Shown in pieces: positions 17,375 to 26,873 of a stretch of 40,615 nucleotides of DNA (position 1 is the stretch's first letter; each line of letters begins with the position of its first letter). The notes under the pieces are model-generated. The model was not told the origin of the DNA and did no database searches. It saw only the letters and a list, made by a program, of their open reading frames with translations. This stretch comes from a virus (Duplodnaviria > Caudoviricetes): IMG/VR virus record IMGVR_UViG_3300035109_000021, positions 1-40,615 of that record. One strand, given 5' to 3'. The position numbers and the translations under genes are program-made.

Positions 17375-19147
17375 TTGAGCGAAACGCCTTTGCCAGCGCC
17401 CGCCGACGCCGATCCCGCGCCGGCGGGCGATCTGCCGGAGTTCATCGCCGCCGCCGCAGGCAAGGGCTGGACCTGGGCCGAGATCGCATGGCGTCGCGCG
17501 GCGGCCGTCGAGGGCGCCTGGTATGATGAGGCCAAGGCCGATTTCATGGTCGACCTATGGCCGAAAATCTTTCGGCTGACCGATCTGCGCTTCGCCGGCG
17601 TGCCGTTCCGGTTGATGCTCTGGCAAGAGATCATCGTCCGGCTGCTCTTCGGCTGGCAAATCCCGACCGAGATCGTCGATCCGCACGCCGGCGAGACCAC
17701 GCGCCTCTACGTCCGCCTCTTCCGCCGACTCCTGCTCTGGATCCCGCGCAAGAACGGCAAGAGCGAATTTCTCGCAGCGCTCGGCCTCGCCTTCTGGGCG
17801 ATCGACGCCGTCTATGGCGGACAGGCCTATTGCTTCGCGCTCAATGAGAAGCAGGCGCGAACGGTGCTCAACAAGGTCAAAGCGATGATCGCCGCGCAAC
17901 CGAGGCTCGCCAAAGACCTCGCCGTCTTCGGCAAATCGATCTGGTGCGCGCGCATGCTGTCACGCTTCGAGCTGCTCACCGGCAAGGCCGAGGGCAAGCA
18001 CGGCCTTTCCCCTTACGTCTCGCTCGGCGACGAGATGCACGAATGGGCCTCGCGCGACCTCGACACGACGATTCGCCAGGGCATGGGCGCGCAATTGCAG
18101 CCGATCGAGCTTTTCGCCTCGACCGCGGGGCTGAAGAGCGCCGTCACCGGCTACGACCTCTACAAGGAATCGCAGGCGATCATCGCCGGGCCAATCGCGG
18201 CGCCCGAAAGCGGCCAGGACACTGGCGAAGGAAAATATACGCCGGCGACACTCGTCGTCATGTTCGCCCTCGAGGATGAAGACGATTGGGAGAACGAAGC
18301 CAATTGGCGCCGCGTCAATCCGAACCTCGGCCTGTCGCCGACCCTGGACTTTCTACGCGGCGAATATGCCGCCGCGCGCGACAATCCCCGCGCGGAATCG
18401 CATTTCCGGCGCTATCACCTCAATCAATGGGTCGACGCCGTCACGCGCTGGCTTCCGCCGAAGAAATGGGATGCGTGCTGCGTATCGAAAGGTGATTGGA
18501 AAGCCTTCCCTGAGCGCCTCGCCGGCCGCAAATGCTATCTCGGCTTCGACCTCTCGACGAAACGCGACATCACCGCGCTCATCGCCCTCTTCCCGCCGGA
18601 CGGCGACGACGACAAGACGCGCCTCATCTGCCGTTTCTGGGTTCCGGCCGACGCCATCGAGCCGCGCGTCAAGGAAGATCGCGCCCCCTATGACCGCTTC
18701 CTGCGCATGGGGGCGATCGAGACGACGCCGGGCGATTACATCGATCAGAACTTCATTGGGGCTGCGATCAAAGAGGCCATCTCGCTCTATGATGTGCTCG
18801 GAATCGGCTTCGACGATTGGAATGCGCAAAAGCTCTACACGGATCTCTGCGACGAGGGCGTCGACGCCGATCTCTTCCGCGTCGTCAAGCAGACGATCTC
18901 GCATCTGACCGAGGGCTCGAAGCATTTTGAGGAGCTCGTCTATACGGGCAGGCTCGATCATGGCGGCAATCCCGTGCTGCGCTGGATGGCGCTCAACGCC
19001 AATGTGATCTCGGACACCAACGGCAATTTCAAGCCGTCGAAAAAGCATTCGCGCGAGAAAATCGACGGCATTATCGCGACCGTCTGCGCCGAGGCCGTCG
19101 CTCTCACCGCCGAGCCGATCGGCTCGTCACATTGGGAGAATTCATGA
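17375..19147 (+). CDS. terL: Terminase large subunit
   Basis: Walker A IPRKNGKS, Walker B GDEMHEW, STAG, NPNLG, GFDLS..DITA, KIDG. Confidence 0.96.
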   Translation: MSETPLPAPADADPAPAGDLPEFIAAAAGKGWTWAEIAWRRAAAVEGAWYDEAKADFMVDLWPKIFRLTDLRFAGVPFRLMLWQEIIVRLLFGWQIPTEIVDPHAGETTRLYVRLFRRLLLWIPRKNGKSEFLAALGLAFWAIDAVYGGQAYCFALNEKQARTVLNKVKAMIAAQPRLAKDLAVFGKSIWCARMLSRFELLTGKAEGKHGLSPYVSLGDEMHEWASRDLDTTIRQGMGAQLQPIELFASTAGLKSAVTGYDLYKESQAIIAGPIAAPESGQDTGEGKYTPATLVVMFALEDEDDWENEANWRRVNPNLGLSPTLDFLRGEYAAARDNPRAESHFRRYHLNQWVDAVTRWLPPKKWDACCVSKGDWKAFPERLAGRKCYLGFDLSTKRDITALIALFPPDGDDDKTRLICRFWVPADAIEPRVKEDRAPYDRFLRMGAIETTPGDYIDQNFIGAAIKEAISLYDVLGIGFDDWNAQKLYTDLCDEGVDADLFRVVKQTISHLTEGSKHFEELVYTGRLDHGGNPVLRWMALNANVISDTNGNFKPSKKHSREKIDGIIATVCAEAVALTAEPIGSSHWENS

Positions 19148-20436
19148 TCCGCCGCCTCCTCTCCCGCATGTTCGGCGAGGTGAAGTCCGGACTTTCCAGC
19201 ATTCCGGATTTCCTCTCCTACGGAGAAGCGAAGTCCGGCGTCTCGGTCAATTGGCGCACGGCGCTCGAGGTCACGACAGTGCTCGCCTGCGTTCGCGCGA
19301 TCTCCGAGGGCGTCGCGCAAGTTCCGGTGCGCTTCTATGACGGATCGTCGGACCAGCTCATGCGGCTGCGCGATCATCCGCTCGAGCCCGTCCTTGCACG
19401 CAATCCGCATCGCCTACAGCGGCTGACCGGCTTTCAGCTGCGCGAGACAATGCTCATGCATGCCGGGCTCACCGGCAACGCCTTTGTGTTCAAGAACCGT
19501 GTCGGCCCGAACCGGCGCATCGTCGATCTAATTCCGATCTCGCCGGGCCGCGTCACCGTCTATCGCAAGGCGGATATGACGCTCGAATATCATGTGACGG
19601 CGGAAGTTCCGGAAATGAGCGGCCTCGGCCAGGGCCTCGCGCAAATCGCGACCGGCGAGGTCATGGTGTTTCCGCAAGAGGCGATCTGGCATTTCCGCGG
19701 CCCGAGCTGGAATGGCTGGCTCGGCCTCGAGGCCGTGAAGCTGGCGCGCGAGGCGATCGGCCTCGCCATAGCGACAGAGGCCGCGCATGCGAAGCTGCAT
19801 CGCAACGGGCTGCGCGCCGGGAGCGTCTATTCCGTCGACGGCAAGCTCGATGATGAGCAATATGAGAAGCTCAACCGCTGGCTCGAGAAGACGCTCGGCG
19901 GCGAAAACGCCTATCGCAACATCGTTCTCGATCGAAACGCCAAATTTCTCGCCTCCGGCATGACGGGCGTCGACGCCGAGCATATCGCCACGCGCAAGCT
20001 TCAGGTCGAGGAAATCTGCCGCGCCTTTCGCGTCATGCCGATCATGGTCGGCTTTTCGGACAAGACCGCGACCTACGCCAGCGCCGAGCAAATGTTCATC
20101 CAGCATGTCGTTCACACCATCGCGCCATGGGCCTCGCGTTTCGAGGAATCGGCGATGGTCAATCTGCTCGAGCCGAACGATGAGACGCTCATCAAGCTGC
20201 ATCTCAATGGCCTCATGCGCGGCGCATCCAAGGATCGCGCCGAATATTTCGCCAAGGCGCTCGGCCATGGCGGCGGCCATGCCTGGATGACGCCGAACGA
20301 GGTGCGCGAGGAGGATGGTTACGACTGGATGGAAGGCGGCGACGAGCTGCCAAAACCTTCTGCGATCGGAACCGATATTGCGCCCGATCCGGGCGAGAAC
20401 GCGCCCGTCGACCCCGGAGTCTCGAAAGATGCATAG
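19144..20436 (+). CDS. HK97-family portal protein
   Basis: VLACVRAISE, GNAF, HFRGPS..G..G, EICRAFRV, EQ....F, WMTPNEVRE. Confidence 0.95.
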   Translation: MIRRLLSRMFGEVKSGLSSIPDFLSYGEAKSGVSVNWRTALEVTTVLACVRAISEGVAQVPVRFYDGSSDQLMRLRDHPLEPVLARNPHRLQRLTGFQLRETMLMHAGLTGNAFVFKNRVGPNRRIVDLIPISPGRVTVYRKADMTLEYHVTAEVPEMSGLGQGLAQIATGEVMVFPQEAIWHFRGPSWNGWLGLEAVKLAREAIGLAIATEAAHAKLHRNGLRAGSVYSVDGKLDDEQYEKLNRWLEKTLGGENAYRNIVLDRNAKFLASGMTGVDAEHIATRKLQVEEICRAFRVMPIMVGFSDKTATYASAEQMFIQHVVHTIAPWASRFEESAMVNLLEPNDETLIKLHLNGLMRGASKDRAEYFAKALGHGGGHAWMTPNEVREEDGYDWMEGGDELPKPSAIGTDIAPDPGENAPVDPGVSKDA

Positions 20437-21106
20437 GTTCTATTCCCGTCTCGATCTGAAATTCGCGGCTGGCTCGGACTCTCGCGAGATCGAAGGCTAT
20501 GCGAGCGTGTTCGGCGTCATCGATGCGCATGGCGACAAGGTCGTTCCCGGCGCTTTCGTCGATTCCCTCGCCGAATGGAAGGCCTCCGGCGATCTGCCGC
20601 CTATGCTGGCGCAGCATGGCGGCTTCACTGCCGAGGATAATACGCCCATCGGCCTATGGACGTCGCTCGAAGAGGATGGAACCGGCCTTCGCTGCAAAGG
20701 CCTTCTCGCGGAAACGCCGCGCGGCGATGAAATCCTCACGCTCATGAAGATGAAGCCTCGGCCCGCGATCAATGGCGTGTCGATCGGCTATTACGCCCGC
20801 AAATTCACGCTCGGATCCAAGCCGAGCGAGCCGCGCCGCATATTGGAGAAGATCGACCTCGCCGAGGTATCGATCGTCACCAATCCGGCCAATCCGCAAG
20901 CGCGCGCCGGCGTGAAGGCCGCGCGCGATCTCACCATTCGGGAATTCGAACGCGCGTTGGAAAGCGGGACGCTTCCGCCGTTGTCGTCGAATGAGGCCAA
21001 GAAACTGCTGTCGGGCGGGTTCGAGGCGGTCAAGGCCGTGCGGGACGCCGGCAAGGACGATGCGGACGCAATCCTTCGTCGATTTCGCGCCCTGCGCAAC
21101 GCCTGA
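20429..21106 (+). CDS. HK97-family prohead protease
   Basis: IEGYASVFG.ID..GD...PGAF, MLAQH, PIG.W, GVSIGY, LAEVSIVT.PAN. Confidence 0.95.
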   Translation: MHRFYSRLDLKFAAGSDSREIEGYASVFGVIDAHGDKVVPGAFVDSLAEWKASGDLPPMLAQHGGFTAEDNTPIGLWTSLEEDGTGLRCKGLLAETPRGDEILTLMKMKPRPAINGVSIGYYARKFTLGSKPSEPRRILEKIDLAEVSIVTNPANPQARAGVKAARDLTIREFERALESGTLPPLSSNEAKKLLSGGFEAVKAVRDAGKDDADAILRRFRALRNA

Positions 21107-21132
21107 CATTCTTCGAGTCGATAGGAGACATT

Positions 21133-22488
21133 ATGTCGCTCGCTTTGGAAACCAAGGGCCGCATGGAGCGCAAGGACTCCAGCGCCCTCGATCCGCAGGT
21201 CAAAGCTCTTTTCGAAGAGCAGATGAAGACGTTCGAATCCTTCAAGTCCACCAATGACGAGGCATTGAAGGAAATCAAGAAGCTCGGCTCTGCGGACGTC
21301 ATCACCGCGGAAAAGGTCGATAAGCTCAACAAGGCGCTCGACGATCAGGCCGACGCCATCAAGAAGCTCACCACTTATTCCGAAGACCTCGAGGCGAAGT
21401 TCAATCGCCGCGCGCTCGGCGGCGGCGGCGGCGGCGGCGCGGATGAGATCGAGGCGAAATCCGTTTCCGATTTTGCGGTCCTCACCGGACAGCAAGTCTC
21501 GCTCGACGAATATCGCGACTACAAAAAGGGCTTCGACACTTATATGCGCGCCGGAGAGAAGGGCCGCCAGCCGGAGCTGAAGGCGCTCTCCGTCGGCTCC
21601 GATCCGGATGGCGGCTATTGGGTCGCTCCGGACGTCTCCGGCCGCATCGTCAAAAAGGTCTATGAGACCTCGCCTATCCGCCAGGCCGCGATGGTGACGA
21701 CGATCGGCGTCGACGCCCTCGAAGGGCCGATCGACAATGGCGAGGCCGGCGCCGGCTGGGTCGGCGAGAAGGCCACGCGCTCGGAGAGCACGACGCCGCA
21801 GATCGGCAAATGGATCATCGCGGTCAATGAGGTCTATGCCGAGCCCAAGGTGACGCAAAAGCTGCTCGAGGACGCCGCCGTCGATCTCGAGAGCTGGCTC
21901 GCGATGAAGGTCTCCGACAAGATCGCGCGTGTCGAGAACGCCGCCTTCGTCAAGGGCGACGGCGTTCTGAAACCCAAGGGTCTGTTCTCCTATAATTTCG
22001 CCGCGACGACCGACAAAGCCGGCCGCGCCTGGGGGACATTCGAATATATTCCGACGGGTGTTTCCGCCGGCTTCGCCTCCTCCAGCCCCGGCGACAATCT
22101 CTATGATCTCGTCTATGCGCTGAAAGCCGCCTATCGCAACAATGCGAGCTTCCTTTGCACGCGCGCCACGGTCGGCAAGATTCGCAAGCTGAAGGATGGC
22201 CAGGGCCGCTATTTGTGGGAGCCCGCGCTCACCGCAGGCCAGCCCGCCGCCCTGCTCGGCTATCCGATCATCGAGGGCGAGGACGTCGACGAGATCGGCG
22301 CGAGCACCTATTCGCTCGCCTTCGGCGACATTCGCGAGACCTATCAGATCGTCGATCGCGTCGGCCTCTCCGTGCTGCGCGACCCGTTCACGCAAAAGGG
22401 CTGGGTTCTCTTCTATACGCGTCGCCGCACGGGTGGCGGCGTGGTGAATTTCGAGAGCTGCAAATTCCTGAAATTCGCCGCGAGCTGA
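21133..22488 (+). CDS. HK97-family major capsid protein
   Basis: Coiled-coil delta domain, DPDGGYWV, WVGE, LLEDAAVDLE, GDG..KPKG, RKLKDGQGRYLW, FGD, LRDPFT. Confidence 0.96.
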   Translation: MSLALETKGRMERKDSSALDPQVKALFEEQMKTFESFKSTNDEALKEIKKLGSADVITAEKVDKLNKALDDQADAIKKLTTYSEDLEAKFNRRALGGGGGGGADEIEAKSVSDFAVLTGQQVSLDEYRDYKKGFDTYMRAGEKGRQPELKALSVGSDPDGGYWVAPDVSGRIVKKVYETSPIRQAAMVTTIGVDALEGPIDNGEAGAGWVGEKATRSESTTPQIGKWIIAVNEVYAEPKVTQKLLEDAAVDLESWLAMKVSDKIARVENAAFVKGDGVLKPKGLFSYNFAATTDKAGRAWGTFEYIPTGVSAGFASSSPGDNLYDLVYALKAAYRNNASFLCTRATVGKIRKLKDGQGRYLWEPALTAGQPAALLGYPIIEGEDVDEIGASTYSLAFGDIRETYQIVDRVGLSVLRDPFTQKGWVLFYTRRRTGGGVVNFESCKFLKFAAS

Positions 22489-22499
22489 GCCCTGCCGCC

Positions 22500-22525
22500 A
22501 GAGGAGCGCCGCCTGGCGCTCCTCT
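22500..22525 (+). terminator. Strong hairpin after the capsid gene (terminator or mRNA-stability element)
   Basis: AGAGGAGCGCC-gcct-GGCGCTCCTCT; no clear U tract. Confidence 0.55.
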
Positions 22526-22560
22526 CTCGCCTCCCATCCTCAAATCCCGGAGCAAATGAC

Positions 22561-23022
22561 ATGACTCCCGAAAGAGACGCAGTCTCCTGTTGCAAATACG
22601 CCGTGGCCATCGATCCGGCGGTCTATTCGGCCGATCAGGCCGGCTCGCTCGTCGACATGCGCGGCGCCCGCGCCGCGACCTTCATTCTCGCCATCGGCGT
22701 CGGCGGAATCACCTTCTCCGGCACGAATAAAATCGAGTTCATCCTCCAGCACGGAAACGCCTCGGATGGGTCGGACCTCGCCAATGTCGCCGACGACGAT
22801 GTTCTGAATATCGATAGCGTCGCGCCGGCGAGCGTCTCGACGACGGGAATCGTGCGCGCCCTCACCGCCGCTCATGCCGCCGCGGACGTCCAGAAGATCG
22901 GTTATATCGGCGGCAAGGCCTATGCCAAGCTCACCGCCGATTTCTCCGGCACGCATGGCGTCGGCACGCCTCTCGCCGCCGCTGTCGAGCTCGAGGATCT
23001 CGAAATTCAGCGCGTGGCCTGA
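22561..23022 (+). CDS. Virion protein following the capsid (possible decoration protein)
   Basis: Beta-rich; ends in KIGYIGGKAYAKL. Confidence 0.7.
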   Translation: MTPERDAVSCCKYAVAIDPAVYSADQAGSLVDMRGARAATFILAIGVGGITFSGTNKIEFILQHGNASDGSDLANVADDDVLNIDSVAPASVSTTGIVRALTAAHAAADVQKIGYIGGKAYAKLTADFSGTHGVGTPLAAAVELEDLEIQRVA

Positions 23023-23025
23023 ACG

Positions 23026-23616
23026 ATGAGCATGCTTCGCCTCGTCGCAGCGCCAACCGGCGACGCCGTCTCGCTCGCCGAGGCGAAGGCTCACGTCAAT
23101 GTCGATTTCGACGATGACGATGCGCTCATCGCGGCCTATCTCGACGCCGCGACCGATCGCTTCGCCTATCTCAACCGCTCGCTGCGCCCTTGCACATGGG
23201 CGCTCGATCTCGACGGCTTTCACGACGTCCTCTATCTGCCCAAGCCGCCCTTCGTCGCTGCGACCAGCGTCACCTATCTCGACGCGGCGGGCGCGACGCA
23301 GACGCTCGCCGGAACCGCCTATGACGCGCGGACGGATTCGCTCGGGCAAGGCCGCATCTCTCTCGCCTATGGCCAGCAATGGCCGCAGACGCTCGACTAT
23401 GGCGAATGCGTCACCGTCAATTTCACTGCCGGCTATGCGATCGGCTCGCTTCCGGGCGCGCTGCGGGCGGCGATATTGCTCACCATCGGCGCGCTCTATG
23501 AGCAGAAATCCGATGTCACCTCGGCGCCCTCCTTCGCATTGCCCTTCGGCGCCGAGGCGCTGGCCGCCGGCTTCCTCATTCACACCGCCATTCCGAGCCG
23601 GGATCGCCGCCGATGA
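23026..23616 (+). CDS. Head-tail connector (gp6-like)
   Basis: VSLAEAKAHVNVD..DDDALI..YL.AA; FTAGY; AILL.IG.LYE. Confidence 0.9.
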   Translation: MSMLRLVAAPTGDAVSLAEAKAHVNVDFDDDDALIAAYLDAATDRFAYLNRSLRPCTWALDLDGFHDVLYLPKPPFVAATSVTYLDAAGATQTLAGTAYDARTDSLGQGRISLAYGQQWPQTLDYGECVTVNFTAGYAIGSLPGALRAAILLTIGALYEQKSDVTSAPSFALPFGAEALAAGFLIHTAIPSRDRRR

Positions 23617-23948
23617 TCGCAGGGCGCATGCGCCATAAGATTTCCGTCTATCGCCGCGCCGTCGTCGCCGGCGATCCGGCGGGAATGCCGCGCGGCGATT
23701 TCGAGCTGCAATTCACGACGCGCGCCTGGTTGAAAGCGGAGACCGGCGCGAAGGCGTCCGAGGCGGGCCTCGCCGAAGACCAGGCGCGCGCCCTGCTCCG
23801 CATTTACGATTGCGCGCGCAACCGCACGATAACCGCCGCCGACCGCATCACGGTCAACGGCGAATCCTGGTCTATCGAGACCATCGCGCCGCCCGATATC
23901 ACGCGCGATCTCATCGAGCTCGTCATCGTCAGAAAAATTGGAGGTTGA
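23613..23948 (+). CDS. Head closure / head-tail adaptor
   Basis: AGRMRHKI, ITAADRI...G..W.I motifs. Confidence 0.85.
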   Translation: MIAGRMRHKISVYRRAVVAGDPAGMPRGDFELQFTTRAWLKAETGAKASEAGLAEDQARALLRIYDCARNRTITAADRITVNGESWSIETIAPPDITRDLIELVIVRKIGG

Positions 23949-23950
23949 GC

Positions 23951-24205
23951 ATGTCAGTCGATATCGCCCGCGTCGTCGCGACCGTGAAGGCCAATAACGA
24001 CGCTTATTCGCGCGTCGTCGCCGAGCTGCGCCGCCTCGCCGCCGAGAACGCGGAATTGAGGAAGGCGCTGGCGGACACCAGCGCGAGCGACGCCGTCGAG
24101 CAGATTTTGCAGCATCTCGGCAATGTCACCACGCAAATCGAGACCGAGATCGGCGCCCTCGCCTCTCCCGAGCCGGCCCCGGCTGCGGCGTCGGCTGCGG
24201 GCTGA
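23951..24205 (+). CDS. Small coiled-coil hypothetical protein
   Basis: GGAGG RBS, 84 aa. Confidence 0.6.
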   Translation: MSVDIARVVATVKANNDAYSRVVAELRRLAAENAELRKALADTSASDAVEQILQHLGNVTTQIETEIGALASPEPAPAAASAAG

Positions 24206-24233
24206 ATCGCAACGCTCGAGATCGGAGGCGGGA

Positions 24234-24740
24234 ATGCCGAAAGTTGACGTGCAAAAGCTGCCGGCATTCACGGCGGCCGAAGCGGAAGCAATTATAGGCA
24301 TGTCACTAAACATGCAACACGATTGGCGCCGGCGCGGACATATCCCTGCGATCAATGGCAGGGCGAAGTATACACTTCCCGACCTCTGCCGAATATTCGC
24401 GATGATGGAGCTCTCGCGACAAGGCATTCCGATTTCCCGGACTGCAGCTCTCGCAGAGAGTTCGCTGTGTTCGATCTTGGCTAGAGTTTCTATCGATCCA
24501 TCTATCGAGAAGCTCCCTGTAGGCCAAAGAGGAGGGGCTATCCACATGCCGAAAATAATTGTTGAAGAAGTCGTCAACGTCATCGCCCGGCCCGGACTCC
24601 ATGTCGTCTATCAGCCCGGCGAGCGCCTCGCGCCCGACGCGCATATCGACGATATCGAGCGCCAAGGAAAGGGCAAGCGCCTCACCAATCGCGGCGACGC
24701 CTTCGCCGAGCCGCCGGCCGACGCGGGCGCTGCGTCGTGA
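24234..24740 (+). CDS. MerR-like HTH domain in frame with a small protein (internal start 24546)
   Basis: FTAAEAEAIIGMS...HDWRRRGHI...YTL.DL; GGAGG RBS before both ATGs. Confidence 0.6.
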   Translation: MPKVDVQKLPAFTAAEAEAIIGMSLNMQHDWRRRGHIPAINGRAKYTLPDLCRIFAMMELSRQGIPISRTAALAESSLCSILARVSIDPSIEKLPVGQRGGAIHMPKIIVEEVVNVIARPGLHVVYQPGERLAPDAHIDDIERQGKGKRLTNRGDAFAEPPADAGAAS

Positions 24741-25168
24741 CCTCGCCCATGGTCGCGCTGAAGACGGCGACGATAGAGTGGTTGAAGGCGGATGCGGCGC
24801 TCGCCGCCCTTGTCGGCGTGAAAATCTATGACGAGGTCCCGCGCGATGACCGCGGCGACCCTTCGGACGCCGCCGCGCCTTATCTCTTCCTCGGCGCCAT
24901 GCGCTGGGGCGATTTCGAGATCGGCTGCAATCCCGGTCTCGACGTCGTCATCGAGCTTCACGCCGTCTCCACAAAATTCGGCCGTGAAGAGTGCTGGCAG
25001 ATCGCCGAGGCGGTCCGCCATGCGCTCGAATGGCGCGAGCTGACGCTCGACGGCGGCCATCTCATGACGCCCTATCGCCGGCGCAGCGGCGGCGACGCGA
25101 TTTCTCCGCTGTTCCCCAAGCAGGCCTATGTGGCGCTGCGCACGCAACTCTCCGAAGCCCTGACCTGA
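24737..25168 (+). CDS. Tail terminator (DUF3168)
   Basis: LKADAALAALVG.KIYD.VP...PY..LG; IAEAV..AL. Confidence 0.88.
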   Translation: MTSPMVALKTATIEWLKADAALAALVGVKIYDEVPRDDRGDPSDAAAPYLFLGAMRWGDFEIGCNPGLDVVIELHAVSTKFGREECWQIAEAVRHALEWRELTLDGGHLMTPYRRRSGGDAISPLFPKQAYVALRTQLSEALT

Positions 25169-25177
25169 GAGGCACTC

Positions 25178-25639
25178 ATGACTGCGAATCCCGTTGCGCC
25201 GCTTCCCGGCAATAAATTCTATGTGCTCGTCGGCGATGGCGCCTCGCCGACCGAGGCCTTCAACTTCCTCTGCGTCGCGACGACGATCGATTCCGATCAT
25301 TCGCTCGATCTCGAGGATGCGATGGTGCTCGACTGCAGCGATCCGACGCTCATTGCCGCGCGCGCCAGCACGCCCAAGGGCCACACTTGGGATTTGAAGC
25401 TCTCCGGCGTCTGCGATCCGGCGAAGGCCCCCTATCAGCGCCTCTTGACCGCGCATCGCACGGCCGTCGTCGTCAATTGCCAGCTCATGAAAAATTTGCC
25501 CGGCGCTTCCAACGGCAATATCGAGCAGGCCGGCTTTTTCGTCAGCAAATTGACGGAAAGCAAAGCGGACAATGGCCTCGTCAAATTCTCCGCCGAGCTG
25601 CATGGCCAGGGCCTGCCGACGCTCACGGCCAACGCATGA
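25178..25639 (+). CDS. Tail tube protein (GTA-like)
   Basis: VGDGASPTEAF...C, DC.DP, W...SG motifs. Confidence 0.85.
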   Translation: MTANPVAPLPGNKFYVLVGDGASPTEAFNFLCVATTIDSDHSLDLEDAMVLDCSDPTLIAARASTPKGHTWDLKLSGVCDPAKAPYQRLLTAHRTAVVVNCQLMKNLPGASNGNIEQAGFFVSKLTESKADNGLVKFSAELHGQGLPTLTANA

Positions 25640-26040
25640 GCGATGCGAGCGCGCAGACCGCCATTTGGCGGGAATTCGCCGGCCGGCGCCGCAAATTCGA
25701 GCTGCGCCTCGGCGAGATCGGCGAGCTGGAGCGCCTCAGCGGCGCCGGGCTCGGCGCGATCTATTGGCGCGTCGTCGCCATGCAGTGGAAATGGGACGAT
25801 ATCCGCGAGACGATCCGCCTCGGCCTCATCGGCGGCGGCGCGACCGAGCCGGATGCGACCGCGCTCGCCCTGCATTATCTCGACGATCGGCCGAAGGCGC
25901 AGTTCCTGCAGCTCGCCGCCGATGTGCTCGGCGCCTGCATCAACGGGGCCGCAGCGGGAAACGCGGACGGGGAGGCGGCGCCGAGCGCGAGCCCGGAAAC
26001 CTCCTCCCCTTCTATGAATGGGCCGGCGCCCTCCGCATGA
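25636..26040 (+). CDS. Tail assembly chaperone (GTA gp10-like)
   Basis: FELRLGEIGELE...G, DIRETIRLGLIGGG. Confidence 0.85.
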   Translation: MSDASAQTAIWREFAGRRRKFELRLGEIGELERLSGAGLGAIYWRVVAMQWKWDDIRETIRLGLIGGGATEPDATALALHYLDDRPKAQFLQLAADVLGACINGAAAGNADGEAAPSASPETSSPSMNGPAPSA

Positions 26041-26195
26041 GCCCGCGCGAGATCGACCGTCTCACCCCTGCCGAATTCGCGGCGGTGACACGCGGCTATT
26101 TGCGTTCGCGCGGCGTCGATCCCGGCGCCGCCGCCGGCGAAGAGGCGGAGTATTTCGCCGCTCTCGTCGCCTTCGAGAAGGCGGGGCGCGCTTAG
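25956..26195 (+). CDS. -1 frameshift extension of the tail chaperone (G-T type)
   Basis: In-phase slippery G GGA AAC at 25956-25962; the -1 frame encodes FY..AGAL.MSPREIDRLT.AEF. Confidence 0.8.
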   Translation, partial: GKRGRGGGAEREPGNLLPFYEWAGALRMSPREIDRLTPAEFAAVTRGYLRSRGVDPGAAAGEEAEYFAALVAFEKAGRA

Positions 26196-26198
26196 AAG

Positions 26199-26870
26199 GT
26201 GGCGCTCTCGATCAAATTCCCGATCGTCGACGATCATGTGGTCATCGCTGTCGACGGCGCGCTCGGCCCTCGCGAGCGCGCCGCCGCTTTCACATCGCTC
26301 GTCGCGCGAGATATCGAGCGCATCGACGCGCGAAACGCCGCCGCCATCGGCGTCCGCATCCCCCGCGAGACCTTCGTCGACGGCGTCGCGACCAATGATC
26401 TCACGCGCGCCGGCGAGCATAGTGAGATCGTCACGCGCTGGCGGGTCGAGGTCGGCGTGGTCGAGTGGATCTGGGAGGCGGTTCATTCCGCCGGCCGGGT
26501 GAAGAGCGGGGCCTATCGCGCCTCGGCGCTCCTTTATGCCGATGGCCGCGAGGTCGCCACGCCGGGCGAGACGATCGGCGCGCGTGAGGTGCTAATTCTC
26601 CCGACCGTTCCCTATGCGCGCAAAATCGAGCGTGGCCTGAAAGGCTACGGCCCCGGCAAGGTCTATGAGGCGATCGCGCAAGCGGCCCGCGCCCGCTTCG
26701 CCAATGCCGCACGGGTGAAATTCACCTTCGCCGAGCCGGAAGGCGCCGCCCCCGGCCTCGACCATTGGGCCGCCGCCCATGCGCGGCGCGTTGTCGCGCA
26801 TCCGGGCCGCGCCGCGGCGCAGCACGCCAAAAACCGCCGGCAGCCTGCAATTCTCGTCTTTCTGGGGTGA
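26199..26870 (+). CDS. Putative neck/tail-completion protein (HK97 gp10-like)
   Basis: VKSGAYR.S, VPYARKIE.G, RQPAI motifs. Confidence 0.6.
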   Translation: MALSIKFPIVDDHVVIAVDGALGPRERAAAFTSLVARDIERIDARNAAAIGVRIPRETFVDGVATNDLTRAGEHSEIVTRWRVEVGVVEWIWEAVHSAGRVKSGAYRASALLYADGREVATPGETIGAREVLILPTVPYARKIERGLKGYGPGKVYEAIAQAARARFANAARVKFTFAEPEGAAPGLDHWAAAHARRVVAHPGRAAAQHAKNRRQPAILVFLG

Positions 26871-26873
26871 TGA

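Noticed and set aside
20791-22395. 534-aa minus-strand ORF
   Set aside because: Shadow of the protease and capsid genes
24737-26040. Gene transfer agent
   Set aside because: The tail genes are GTA-like, but integrase, repressor, replication and HNH/cos genes indicate a true prophage
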